Made by a program: the position numbers and the translations under genes
Notes under the pieces: model-generated
Told to the model about the DNA's origin: nothing
What the model saw: only the letters and a program-made list of their open reading frames with translations
The model's database searches: none
Shown: positions 19,949 through 28,045 of the stretch, in pieces
Position numbering within the stretch: position 1 is the stretch's first letter
Layout: each line of letters starts with the position of its first letter
Virus record (IMG/VR): IMGVR_UViG_3300011008_000040
Coordinates: 8,738-72,737 of that record
Origin: a virus
Lineage: Duplodnaviria; Caudoviricetes
Reading direction: 5' to 3' (one strand)
DNA length: 64,000 bases

Positions 19949-20213
19949 TTTCTACTCTCCTATAGATCTTACTGATAAGAACACCATGGTCTGTACCGTA
20001 AAACAATTTATGAAGCTCGTAATTATGCCGATGACAATTTCGAAAATGATCAACCAGAGCAAATTCTCCGTGAATCGGCCACATTACATTAGCCGGAAAA
20101 TAAACAAGTCCACCATCCGGATTATCGAACATGGTGAACTTCTCATTACAGAATTTGCATTGAAAGACATGAATAACGTCTTTAACCGGCATTTTTAGCC
20201 TCCAGTTGCTCAA
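19917..20213 (-). CDS. C2H2-like Zn-finger protein
   Basis: CKFC...HFRNCH; resembles the adjacent ORF. Confidence 0.55.
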   Translation of the reverse strand: MSNWRLKMPVKDVIHVFQCKFCNEKFTMFDNPDGGLVYFPANVMWPIHGEFALVDHFRNCHRHNYELHKLFYGTDHGVLISKIYRRVENEPDKERLCV

Positions 20214-20362
20214 GTCCCAACTTTTCTTTTCTTCTTGCCTCTACCTCATAATTCCAACCACATTTGATGCAAGCTGAAATATCTTTGCATGAACAGTCAA
20301 CTCCCTTTGGACGAATAAAGCATCTGTGAATCTTTGATTCAGATTTTCCCTTAAGGTTAATA

Positions 20363-20782
20363 TTAATACTCATGAATAAGCCCTCCATCAGTTGTATAAA
20401 TATAATGAGCTTTTGTCAGCTCAGGGTTCACTTTAGCAATGCGAATAGTCTCATCGAATGTAGCTTTTGCACAATCATAGTTATCCCAAAGAACATGAAT
20501 GGCATCTGAAAGTGTATTAGATGTCTCCATTCTTGTTTGAACATCGATTATCTGGCCATTAAATATAAATGAAGTTTTTAAAACAAAATCTTCATAATCT
20601 AACGCAAAATCTCCAACTCCATCTGTTTTTCTCAATTTCACTAAATAAAATGCCATTTTAATAATCGGAAGAATTGCATAGTAGAATGTTGCTATCCCTA
20701 GCACGATTAAAAGAATTATAAGTAGACGCATGTAATCTCCTTTTGCAATAAAAATAGAGCCACATTTCTGTAGCTCTATCAT
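20363..20782 (-). CDS. Membrane-anchored hypothetical protein
   Basis: Probable start at MRLLIILL with AGGAG RBS. Confidence 0.6.
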   Translation of the reverse strand: MIELQKCGSIFIAKGDYMRLLIILLIVLGIATFYYAILPIIKMAFYLVKLRKTDGVGDFALDYEDFVLKTSFIFNGQIIDVQTRMETSNTLSDAIHVLWDNYDCAKATFDETIRIAKVNPELTKAHYIYTTDGGLIHEY

Positions 20783-20822
20783 TTAAATATGTTTTTTTTT
20801 AAGTTTTTTGATTCGTTTTTTA

Positions 20823-21113
20823 TTAGTTTTCTGAAAAATATTCTTCATAATCATCGGCGGGGCCATGCTCGTAATAAATCTCATCCTCGCCGCAGTCGTA
20901 GGTCTGGAATGCAGTATTTCCGCATTTTGGGCATACCCATTCTCTGCTTTCGTCATCCCAGATCATACGTTCGTCGCAAACGATGCAATCTACATCATTA
21001 ACGTCGAAAGTCAAATCTTCTCTACTTCTGTTCATTGAATAAACCTCCGTATTCAAAGTTGCCGACTTATTATACTCCAAAATGAGAATTTGGTCAAATG
21101 GGAGATTTATCAA
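20823..21113 (-). CDS. Zn-ribbon protein
   Basis: CIVC...CPKC; probable start at MNRSR. Confidence 0.6.
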   Translation of the reverse strand: MINLPFDQILILEYNKSATLNTEVYSMNRSREDLTFDVNDVDCIVCDERMIWDDESREWVCPKCGNTAFQTYDCGEDEIYYEHGPADDYEEYFSEN

Positions 21114-21456
21114 ATACTGTTTCCCAAGAATATCGAGGAAGAGGCTTAACTTTCATGCCCCACATAAGCTGCCTTACTGTGACAGTTGGGTATAGACCTT
21201 TTTTAGTTATAGGACCTGCCTTCTTATTGAAATAATCCAGAAATCGCTCATTCAAATATAAATCATCAACTAAATAACGATCAATTTCTGTCCAATACGT
21301 GCTTTTTGTCTCTTTATTAAACCTTTGCTGTATAACTGCAAGGCCACGGTCTTCTATCAAATATAAAGTGCATCTGCTATACACCGGATGGTCACACTTA
21401 TACGTGGTTCCATACATAGACAATGCGAGTTTTGGAGGGGTATAATGATATCGCAT
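21094..21456 (-). CDS. Conserved phage hypothetical protein
   Basis: 120 aa ORF. Confidence 0.7.
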   Translation of the reverse strand: MRYHYTPPKLALSMYGTTYKCDHPVYSRCTLYLIEDRGLAVIQQRFNKETKSTYWTEIDRYLVDDLYLNERFLDYFNKKAGPITKKGLYPTVTVRQLMWGMKVKPLPRYSWETVFDKSPI

Positions 21457-21500
21457 AAAAAGACAAGGGACTGTTTTTCACAATCCCTCTCCTTTCAGTC

Positions 21501-21917
21501 TTAAATCTTATGCTTCGGCATTGGAACTTGATGCCTATCGCTTTTCGATGTCAAAGAATATCCATTCTCTTCAAAGACCAATATCCGTTTGTTAATAATC
21601 AAATTCACAGCTAATGTTAGTACAGACATTCCAATAGACGTGACACACGTTGCTGTCCCCAAAATCAAATCGATACGATCTCTACGCTTTTTGCCGTTTG
21701 CTTCTTCTCTCATTTTATCTGCATCAGCATCAATTCTGAGTTCTTCTGCTCTGGCTTCTGCTTGAATCTTATCATCTTCATTTGCAGACTTCACCAGCAT
21801 GTCATAATGCTTAAATATCTTACTATATTCCTCTGAATCCGGTTCTAACCTGGACAATTTGTCATGAAGTCTCTCAATTTCTTCATCATGTGAAGCTCTA
21901 GTTAAATCGTTCATCAC
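21501..21917 (-). CDS. Hypothetical membrane protein (cassette cargo)
   Basis: 138 aa; promoter motif at 21941-21966, GGAGG RBS, downstream hairpin and U-tract. Confidence 0.7.
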   Translation of the reverse strand: MMNDLTRASHDEEIERLHDKLSRLEPDSEEYSKIFKHYDMLVKSANEDDKIQAEARAEELRIDADADKMREEANGKKRRDRIDLILGTATCVTSIGMSVLTLAVNLIINKRILVFEENGYSLTSKSDRHQVPMPKHKI

Positions 21918-21942
21918 ATACCTCCATATGTTTAATACTTCA

Positions 21943-22185
21943 TTAACTGGATTGTATATTTTGCGAATGATCTTCTTCGACTGCCACTCTGAATGTTATG
22001 GCTTTCATCGAAGGAATTTGCTCAGGAGGAATATTAAACTCGAAAAGATATGTGTCTTTTTCCTCTGATCTGCGAACATGAATAACGCCTTTTGGTCTAA
22101 AGTCCGGTCTGCCTTTCAATATAAGAAGACCAACAACAATTAGTAATGCGCCAAATATAACAAGTTCCCATGAAAATGTTGTCAT
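21943..22185 (-). CDS. Small membrane protein
   Basis: N-terminal transmembrane helix. Confidence 0.65.
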   Translation of the reverse strand: MTTFSWELVIFGALLIVVGLLILKGRPDFRPKGVIHVRRSEEKDTYLFEFNIPPEQIPSMKAITFRVAVEEDHSQNIQSS

Positions 22186-22583
22186 TTTTCAAGGCTCCTT
22201 TCAGTGATACCTAATTGGATCAGATCTTTAACTTCCTCAACATCAACAAACAGACAAGGAAGCACAATTAGTTGAGCGATTTTGTCGCCAACTTCAAAAT
22301 CAACTATCTGTTTACTTGTGTTTATAAGTATGACATGAATTGAGTCACGATACGAAGCATCAACAACCCCTTGAGAAATGACGCCTTTCTCTCTCATAAT
22401 TTTGCTCTTCCCGGCGATAATTCCAATGCTATCAGTAGGAAGCTTAACATGCACTCCAGTGTCAATGACTTTTCGCTCTCCTGGATATATTGTAAAAGAA
22501 TAAGGGGCCTTGAAATCAAAACCCCCATCCATCTGATGCCCACGAACTGGCAAATATGCTCCATCATCAAGAAATACTTTCAT
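22182..22583 (-). CDS. dut: Trimeric dUTPase-like protein, degenerate
   Basis: GGFDF, GVVDASYR and GDKIAQL present; motif V (RGxGGFGSTG) missing. Confidence 0.7.
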   Translation of the reverse strand: MKVFLDDGAYLPVRGHQMDGGFDFKAPYSFTIYPGERKVIDTGVHVKLPTDSIGIIAGKSKIMREKGVISQGVVDASYRDSIHVILINTSKQIVDFEVGDKIAQLIVLPCLFVDVEEVKDLIQLGITERSLEK

Positions 22584-22783
22584 TATTCGCCATCTCCATC
22601 GTACTGAACTTCTTTTATGTAATTAATATGAGGATTAACAAAACCATTTTCTGTAAAGAAATCTAAAAGAAGCTGTCCTAATTCTTTTATTTCAGATTCA
22701 GGTGTTCCAGCATGAATATTAAATTGTGTCTCATCTTCTTTCGTGTGCATAAAACCAACATTAAAAGTTTTATAAGCGCTCAT
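22583..22783 (-). CDS. Hypothetical protein
   Basis: 66 aa, coupled to neighbours. Confidence 0.6.
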   Translation of the reverse strand: MSAYKTFNVGFMHTKEDETQFNIHAGTPESEIKELGQLLLDFFTENGFVNPHINYIKEVQYDGDGE

Positions 22784-22989
22784 CCTCTTACTCCTTTTAT
22801 AAATGTTTTCGATCTTCCATAATTATCAGTAATTGTTACTTCTGATCCGGTTAAATACCACGATTTTTCAGAATCCCAGACAACATCAATAGAGGTTCCA
22901 TCCCATGTTGGAATTTCATAAGTATTTCCTTTATACGTTGCCTTATACATTACTCTTTTTAATTCTAGCATATTTATCTTCCTTTCCAA
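22780..22989 (-). CDS. Hypothetical protein
   Basis: 69 aa ORF. Confidence 0.55.
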   Translation of the reverse strand: MERKINMLELKRVMYKATYKGNTYEIPTWDGTSIDVVWDSEKSWYLTGSEVTITDNYGRSKTFIKGVRG

Positions 22990-23219
22990 ATATAGCCTGT
23001 GTGCTCGTATAGTAGCTTTGGAGAAATATAATAGTTGATCTTCCCCTTCTTAGAACTGATTTCCTTTACATCAAGGATCTCTTTGCCATCTCTTGTGGCC
23101 GTTCCAATCGGCAGCCATCCGGAAATAATGCCAGCTCGAACCCAACAGGCATCCTTTCCATATACTTTTGCAGCTGTCGATATCGGAACTGACCCAACTC
23201 CAAATATCAACTCATCCAT
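22974..23219 (-). CDS. Small DNA-binding protein (HTH/excisionase-like)
   Basis: SVPISTAAKVYGKDACWVRAGI...YYISPK. Confidence 0.6.
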   Translation of the reverse strand: MDELIFGVGSVPISTAAKVYGKDACWVRAGIISGWLPIGTATRDGKEILDVKEISSKKGKINYYISPKLLYEHTGYIWKGR

Positions 23220-23231
23220 TAAATTCCTCCT

Positions 23232-23480
23232 TTAATATATTGTAGAATTTTCAAGCATTTGATTGAGCTCATATGAGTCATATACATCATCGTTAAGAGC
23301 ATGGGCACCGACCGTCATAAGTATCGGCCATGTAGCATCTCCGTCAATATACATGCCCGGACCAATCTTAATTGCGCCATCATTAGAATATAAATAGGAA
23401 GCCATCAGACCTCCTATACCAATTCCAAATAAAATAGAACAACAAATAATAGCCGTAATTTTTGATGTTGACATATTCAT
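23232..23480 (-). CDS. Small membrane protein
   Basis: N-terminal transmembrane helix, AAGGAG RBS. Confidence 0.6.
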   Translation of the reverse strand: MNMSTSKITAIICCSILFGIGIGGLMASYLYSNDGAIKIGPGMYIDGDATWPILMTVGAHALNDDVYDSYELNQMLENSTIY

Positions 23481-23490
23481 AGCTGCTCCT

Positions 23491-23649
23491 TTAACCGCTA
23501 CCCAAGAACTGAGCCACTTGAGCTTCCGTTAGTTTAAGAATAGAAGCGATTTGATCATTACTGTATCCCTTTGAACGATACTCCATGATCTTATTCGCTT
23601 TCCAAACCGGTAACCTAACTTTGTTTCTGACGACATACTGAATAGCCAT
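23491..23649 (-). CDS. Small HTH-like protein
   Basis: KGYSNDQIASILKLTEAQV; start at MAIQY with GGAGG RBS. Confidence 0.6.
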   Translation of the reverse strand: MAIQYVVRNKVRLPVWKANKIMEYRSKGYSNDQIASILKLTEAQVAQFLGSG

Positions 23650-23683
23650 AAAAATACCTCCATAAAATTTGGCAAAAAATAAA

Positions 23684-23752
23684 AGAGGCTGTGGTCTTCG
23701 AAACCACGTCTCCGTATCCAATCACGGCGTGCTACCTTTACACCATTGCTAT
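23684..23752 (-). tRNA. Degenerate tRNA-like element (tRNA-Gln(UUG)-like)
   Basis: D arm GTGT-AAAGGTA-GCAC, anticodon arm CCGTG-ATTGGA-TACGG, T arm GTGGT-TTCGAAG-ACCAC; acceptor stem does not pair; no CCA. Confidence 0.55.
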
Positions 23753-23766
23753 TGCTAGTTACCTAC

Positions 23767-23796
23767 CTCTCATATGGTGGGCTGTAGTTTTTACGA
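23767..23796 (-). promoter_or_regulatory. Phage-specific promoter-like motif
   Basis: TCGTAAAAACTACA-GCCCACCATATGAGAG directly upstream of the tRNA-like element. Confidence 0.65.
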
Positions 23797-23915
23797 CGCA
23801 TTTTTGGATGATAACTATTATGCACATATTGCTGTCGTCTGCGTGTTGGTCTTTAAAAAATATATTTTTAGTCAGATGCTTCCAGCCACTTTTTCTAACC
23901 TAGATTAATGGTTTG

Positions 23916-23931
23916 TTTATTCTAGAATAAA
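23916..23931. promoter_or_regulatory. 16-bp perfect palindrome (operator candidate)
   Basis: TTTATTCTAGAATAAA; partial second copy TCTAGAATAA at 23940-23949. Confidence 0.5.
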
Positions 23932-24304
23932 AATTCTAATCTAGAATAACTTTTAAGATGTTTTAGCCATAAAATTAATGTTAACATTTTATTCATAAAC
24001 ATCGAAAAAGTTCTGAAATATACATAGCCCTACCCTTATCTTTTTATCTACAATGTAACCTTCTTATTTCACAATCCAAAAGGATTGTTGCAGTAATCCA
24101 AAAAATGAAATATTTCATCCAAATCTAATTACATTCCGTCTTAAAGCTTGATGACGGCGGTCTCTGGTTACGTAACAATTTAAATGGATTGTGAAGTAAG
24201 AAATCTACAAATTCGTCTAAATATCAAAAATCCGAAGTAACCTTAAAAGTTACCATATTTGCATTTTATTACAGGTATTACCCATTTATGCCAAAAAATT
24301 GTTA

Positions 24305-24333
24305 TTGATTTACTGTTGCAAGTATGCTATATT
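24305..24333 (+). promoter_or_regulatory. Sigma-A-type promoter
   Basis: TTGATT-N17-TATATT with an extended TG. Confidence 0.6.
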
Positions 24334-24369
24334 GCATTCGTAAAACATAACAAAAGGAGATATACTATC

Positions 24370-24774
24370 ATGAATAATCAGCGTTCCGAACTTTCTCAAT
24401 CTAATAAATACTGGATTCCTAAATACCGGTATCTTGAATTGAAGAACTTCTGCTTGCAATATCCTGATTGGGAAAAGCAAATAAAAGAGATCAGTTTTTT
24501 GAAAGCAAAAACTGAAATATCCACCTCGGGAAATTTTTCAAATCCAACAGAGAAACTCGCCATCATCCTGGAAGCTTCTAAATCTAAAATGGATCTTATT
24601 GAGACCACTGCTTATTTGGCCGATCCGGTTCTTTCCAAATGGATACTAATAGCTGTCACAAAAGCTTATACTTATGAATATCTTAGGTACAAACTCGATA
24701 TGCCTGCAGGAAGGTCAATGTACTATGACCGGTATCGCAAGTTCTTCTATCTTCTTGACCAGAATAGAAACTAA
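24370..24774 (+). CDS. Phage transcriptional regulator (ArpU/RinA, sigma region 4-like)
   Basis: AAGGAG RBS at MNNQ; LELKNFCLQY...C-terminal HTH-like GRSMYYDRYRKFF. Confidence 0.6.
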   Translation: MNNQRSELSQSNKYWIPKYRYLELKNFCLQYPDWEKQIKEISFLKAKTEISTSGNFSNPTEKLAIILEASKSKMDLIETTAYLADPVLSKWILIAVTKAYTYEYLRYKLDMPAGRSMYYDRYRKFFYLLDQNRN

Positions 24775-24995
24775 TATAATTTCTTAATAAACACTTTAGA
24801 TCCGGTCCTGCACCTCATGACAAAAAACTTGATCCGCAGCGTAATATACTCAATCCATGTTGCCCTGATTTTATAAAAAGCTAGCCCAGAATGCGTATAA
24901 CAAATTATTGACTCGTATCTGGATCGTTCTTCATCAGAGAAACTGAAATTGTTCCACTCTATATTCATTACTCCATATTCTTTTCTTTTAAACAC
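24771..24995 (-). CDS. Hypothetical protein
   Basis: 74 aa, GTG start, GGGAG RBS. Confidence 0.55.
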   Translation of the reverse strand: MFKRKEYGVMNIEWNNFSFSDEERSRYESIICYTHSGLAFYKIRATWIEYITLRIKFFVMRCRTGSKVFIKKLY

Positions 24996-25049
24996 TTTGA
25001 ATCACTCCCATTTTGAATTAAACGAAAAAGAAAGGAGATTGTTAATCTC

Positions 25050-25313
25050 CTAAGAGTTAACAACCTCCTCCGATACTGGAACCATCTCTCCTTTCTTCAA
25101 TTCGTAATACTCGTCCATAACATCGGCATTGACCTCTGCCTCAACAGACGAAGCACATGTCCAAAGCAGAAAAATCGTATTCGCAAGTGTCAAGACTGTT
25201 GTTCCGATCTGAACAAACTTCTTAACTCCTTCGCTCGTAAAGAATTTCCTGATTTTTGACTCTTTTCTGCTTTCAACTGCATTAACATTGTCACCCATTA
25301 TTATTTCCTCCAT
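25050..25313 (-). CDS. Small membrane protein (cassette cargo)
   Basis: One transmembrane helix; flanked by promoter motif and terminator. Confidence 0.65.
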   Translation of the reverse strand: MEEIIMGDNVNAVESRKESKIRKFFTSEGVKKFVQIGTTVLTLANTIFLLWTCASSVEAEVNADVMDEYYELKKGEMVPVSEEVVNS

Positions 25314-25409
25314 ATAAAATATTATTGATATTGTAGAGGTTCCTGTCCTCTCATATAGAGGAATGTATTTTTTACGAAAAAAGAAAGGCTCTGTTTTAGA
25401 GCCTAACTC

Positions 25410-25550
25410 TTATGAATAATCCCAGTCCATTGCTCCATAATCTTCAGTATCATCTTTGTCTTCTGTATAAGGCGCATACGTAATCGGTCCTTCACCTGTG
25501 TATACGTGCATGACCATCATCGTTCTTGTGTCTACTATTGTGCTAAACAT
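25410..25550 (-). CDS. Small acidic peptide, 46 aa (cassette cargo; not in the ORF track)
   Basis: MFSTIVDTRT...DWDYS; GGAGG RBS; flanked by promoter motif and terminator. Confidence 0.6.
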   Translation of the reverse strand: MFSTIVDTRTMMVMHVYTGEGPITYAPYTEDKDDTEDYGAMDWDYS

Positions 25551-25684
25551 TGTTCTGACCTCCGATTATTTAGTATTTGAGTTAATATTCTCATTATGTA
25601 AACTGTATATTTTACGACTTTAAATCACTAAAGAATCAAAGGCAAAAAGAAAGAGCCCTGCATTTCTACAGAGCTCTTCTTCTT

Positions 25685-25894
25685 TTAGATCAGGTCAATC
25701 AATGATCCAATCGCATCACTCGAAATATCAAGTTCTGCATCAATTTTTAGCTTAACTCTTCCCTCCTGTTCTACAGCATAAAGCTCATTAATAGATATCT
25801 TACCATCAACGCCGATCTTCTTTGCTAAGAATTTCGCTATGAGTTTTTTCGCTAAAGCATTTACTACCTTGTTCGATAATGCTAATTTTAACAT
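25685..25894 (-). CDS. Hypothetical protein (cassette cargo)
   Basis: 69 aa; AAAGGAG RBS; flanked by promoter motif and terminator. Confidence 0.7.
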   Translation of the reverse strand: MLKLALSNKVVNALAKKLIAKFLAKKIGVDGKISINELYAVEQEGRVKLKIDAELDISSDAIGSLIDLI

Positions 25895-25952
25895 ATTTTT
25901 ATAACTCCTTTCTCATTAGAAGAGTTGTAAATATTACGCAAAAAATGTAAAA

Positions 25953-26013
25953 GCGTTGCAAGAATCGAACTTGCATCTCTCTTTCGAGCGCATTACCTTT
26001 ATGCTAAACACGT
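25953..26013 (-). ncRNA. tRNA-like RNA lacking an anticodon loop
   Basis: Acceptor stem 6/7 paired, D arm GCAT-AAAGGTA-ATGC, CTC-GAAA-GAG in place of the anticodon arm, T arm GCAAG-TTCGATT-CTTGC. Confidence 0.65.
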
Positions 26014-26065
26014 ATATATCTCATATAGAGAAATGTATTTTTTACGAAATGACATTTTTGTAGGT

Positions 26066-26094
26066 TTGTGCCAAGTGTATGAGTATGCTAAAAT
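26066..26094 (+). promoter_or_regulatory. Sigma-A-type promoter for the integrase
   Basis: TTGTGC-N17-TAAAAT with an extended TG. Confidence 0.55.
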
Positions 26095-26124
26095 CTCTAC
26101 ACTTTAATCCAAGGAGAAAATATA

Positions 26125-27357
26125 ATGTTAATTACTTGTCCAGAATGCGAATTACAAGTTTCCGATAAAGCTATTTCATGCCCTCATTGCGGCTATCCAA
26201 TAAAAGAAACTAAACAAATGAGAGCACCATCTGCCAAAAAGCGCATGAGGCTGCCAAATGGTTTTGGACAAATATCAGAAATTAAAGGTCGGAATTTAAG
26301 AAACAGATTCAGAGCAATGATTACCGAGGGTACTTCTGAATATGGACGACCAATACAAAAGTTACTTCGACCACAAGCTTATTTTCCAACATATAAGGAT
26401 GCATATGAGGCATTACTTGAACACCATAAGAATCCATACGATACAAGTAAAGAACTAACTTTAGAAGAAGTTTACGATAAATGGATAGATAAGCATTCAG
26501 AAGAAGTATCCACTCAAGAAACACTAAAACAATATAAAAGTGCATGGCTTTATTGCGGTTCTCTTAAACAAATGAAAATTCGAGACATAAGGGCCCACCA
26601 CATAAAAGAATGTTTGAACAAAGGAACCAAAATATTAGAAGATGGTGAAATAGAAGCCACTCCACGAAAGAAAAGCAGTATTAAGATCTTATTCAACTTA
26701 CTTTTTGATTATGCACTTGAATACGAATACGTCGACAAAAATTATGCTCGCTCGTTTAAACTGCCTAAAAATATAAAAGAAGACATTGATGAATCTCTGG
26801 AGCATCATATGACGTTTACTCCAGAGGAACTTCAATGTCTATGGAATAATTCAGATTCAACAGAGGTTAAAGGAATTCTAATTCAATGCTATATGGGCTG
26901 GAGACCTCAAGAACTCTGCAATCTGGAAATATCAAATGTTAATCTTAATGAAAAGTCTATTATAGGAGGCATGAAAACTGCCGATGGCCGAGATCGAGTT
27001 GTTCCAATTCATCCAAAAATAGAGCCACTTATTATAGAATGCTACGAACAAGCTGCAGCGGCCAATTCAAAATATCTATTTATAATACCGGACAAACGTA
27101 CTGCCGGTAGAATGATCCATTTAACGTATAACAAATACTATAAAGATTTTCAAAATATCATGAAGTCGCTTGGCTTGCATGAAAACCACAAACCGCATGA
27201 TGCCAGAAAGCAATTTATAACAGCAGCAAAAGAAGCTAATGTAAATGACTTCGCAATAAAACTAATGGTCGGACATAAAATAACAGACATAACCGAAGCC
27301 GTTTACACTGAACGAAAATTTGATTGGCTTTACGAAGAGATCTGTAAAATACCTTGA
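26125..27357 (+). CDS. int: Tyrosine integrase with N-terminal Zn ribbon
   Basis: Catalytic R (GWRPQEL), K, HDARK, GH, Y; N-terminal CPEC..CPHC. Confidence 0.92.
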   Translation: MLITCPECELQVSDKAISCPHCGYPIKETKQMRAPSAKKRMRLPNGFGQISEIKGRNLRNRFRAMITEGTSEYGRPIQKLLRPQAYFPTYKDAYEALLEHHKNPYDTSKELTLEEVYDKWIDKHSEEVSTQETLKQYKSAWLYCGSLKQMKIRDIRAHHIKECLNKGTKILEDGEIEATPRKKSSIKILFNLLFDYALEYEYVDKNYARSFKLPKNIKEDIDESLEHHMTFTPEELQCLWNNSDSTEVKGILIQCYMGWRPQELCNLEISNVNLNEKSIIGGMKTADGRDRVVPIHPKIEPLIIECYEQAAAANSKYLFIIPDKRTAGRMIHLTYNKYYKDFQNIMKSLGLHENHKPHDARKQFITAAKEANVNDFAIKLMVGHKITDITEAVYTERKFDWLYEEICKIP

Positions 27358-27387
27358 AAAAATAAATGCCATGTAAACAATAAAAAG

Positions 27388-27540
27388 AGGCAGTATAGGA
27401 TTAGTGTAGGAATACTATCATTCTAACTAACCTATACTGCCTTTAACAGTTCTTCAAATTGCAGGAATACCTATAAAACTTAATACTTTTCTAGCATAAA
27501 TTTGCTGGCAAGTGTATTTGTAAACACTTAACTTGCAGCT
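27388..27540. other. Candidate attP region
   Basis: Inverted repeat AGGCAGTATAGG(A)TTAG / CTAACCTATACTGCCT; TGYAGGAATAC direct repeats at 27405 and 27460; immediately downstream of int. Confidence 0.45.
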
Positions 27541-27610
27541 TTGAGACGTTAAACGACATTAAAATATACGATTAATGTATGAACTAACTTCTTTGGACTG
27601 CTTTTTAAAC

Positions 27611-27796
27611 TTAATTCGACTTCTTAATAAGTATCCTATCCTCGCCAAACACTATTGCATCGCTCTCTTCATTAACCAGATAAATTGGAGCACCAGGAAG
27701 GGCACGTTTAAATTCTATGAATTCAAGCAGAAGTCTCCTTCGTCGTTCACCATACGCATATGGCAACCGCTCAGTTTTATTATCTGTAATATTCAT
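27611..27796 (-). CDS. Hypothetical protein
   Basis: 61 aa, GGAG RBS. Confidence 0.5.
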   Translation of the reverse strand: MNITDNKTERLPYAYGERRRRLLLEFIEFKRALPGAPIYLVNEESDAIVFGEDRILIKKSN

Positions 27797-27803
27797 TATG
27801 GCA

Positions 27804-28028
27804 TCACTCCATAATATTCAACATAATGGTATAATCTTGAGCTACTTCATCAAAGAAAAGCCAGTTACCGCTATCAGTTTCGATAAAATTACTTCCACCA
27901 CAAACATTCTTAGTCGGCAGCTTACCCTGTTCTCTTGCTGCTTCGTCACAATAGCCTTCAATAAAAGTAATTACATTACCATCAGGGGTAATCTCAACTA
28001 CTTTTTCAGATATAATGCGGACATACAT
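27804..28028 (-). CDS. Hypothetical protein
   Basis: 74 aa, GAGG RBS. Confidence 0.55.
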   Translation of the reverse strand: MYVRIISEKVVEITPDGNVITFIEGYCDEAAREQGKLPTKNVCGGSNFIETDSGNWLFFDEVAQDYTIMLNIME

Positions 28029-28045
28029 TGCTGCTTACCTCACTC

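Larger units (their letters stand above)
25348..26047 (-). promoter_or_regulatory. Four tandem copies of the promoter-like motif (25348-25377, 25589-25617, 25911-25939, 26019-26047)
   Basis: (T/G)CGTAAWAWWTACA-N7-WWATGAG with fixed spacing. Confidence 0.75.

Noticed and set aside
3900-20400. Recurrent AAATAT(A/C) near early gene starts
   Set aside because: Short and AT-rich; enrichment cannot be established without counting
20785-20822. Poly-T tracts as a phase-variation site
   Set aside because: Intergenic and AT-rich; not clearly within a promoter spacer or reading frame
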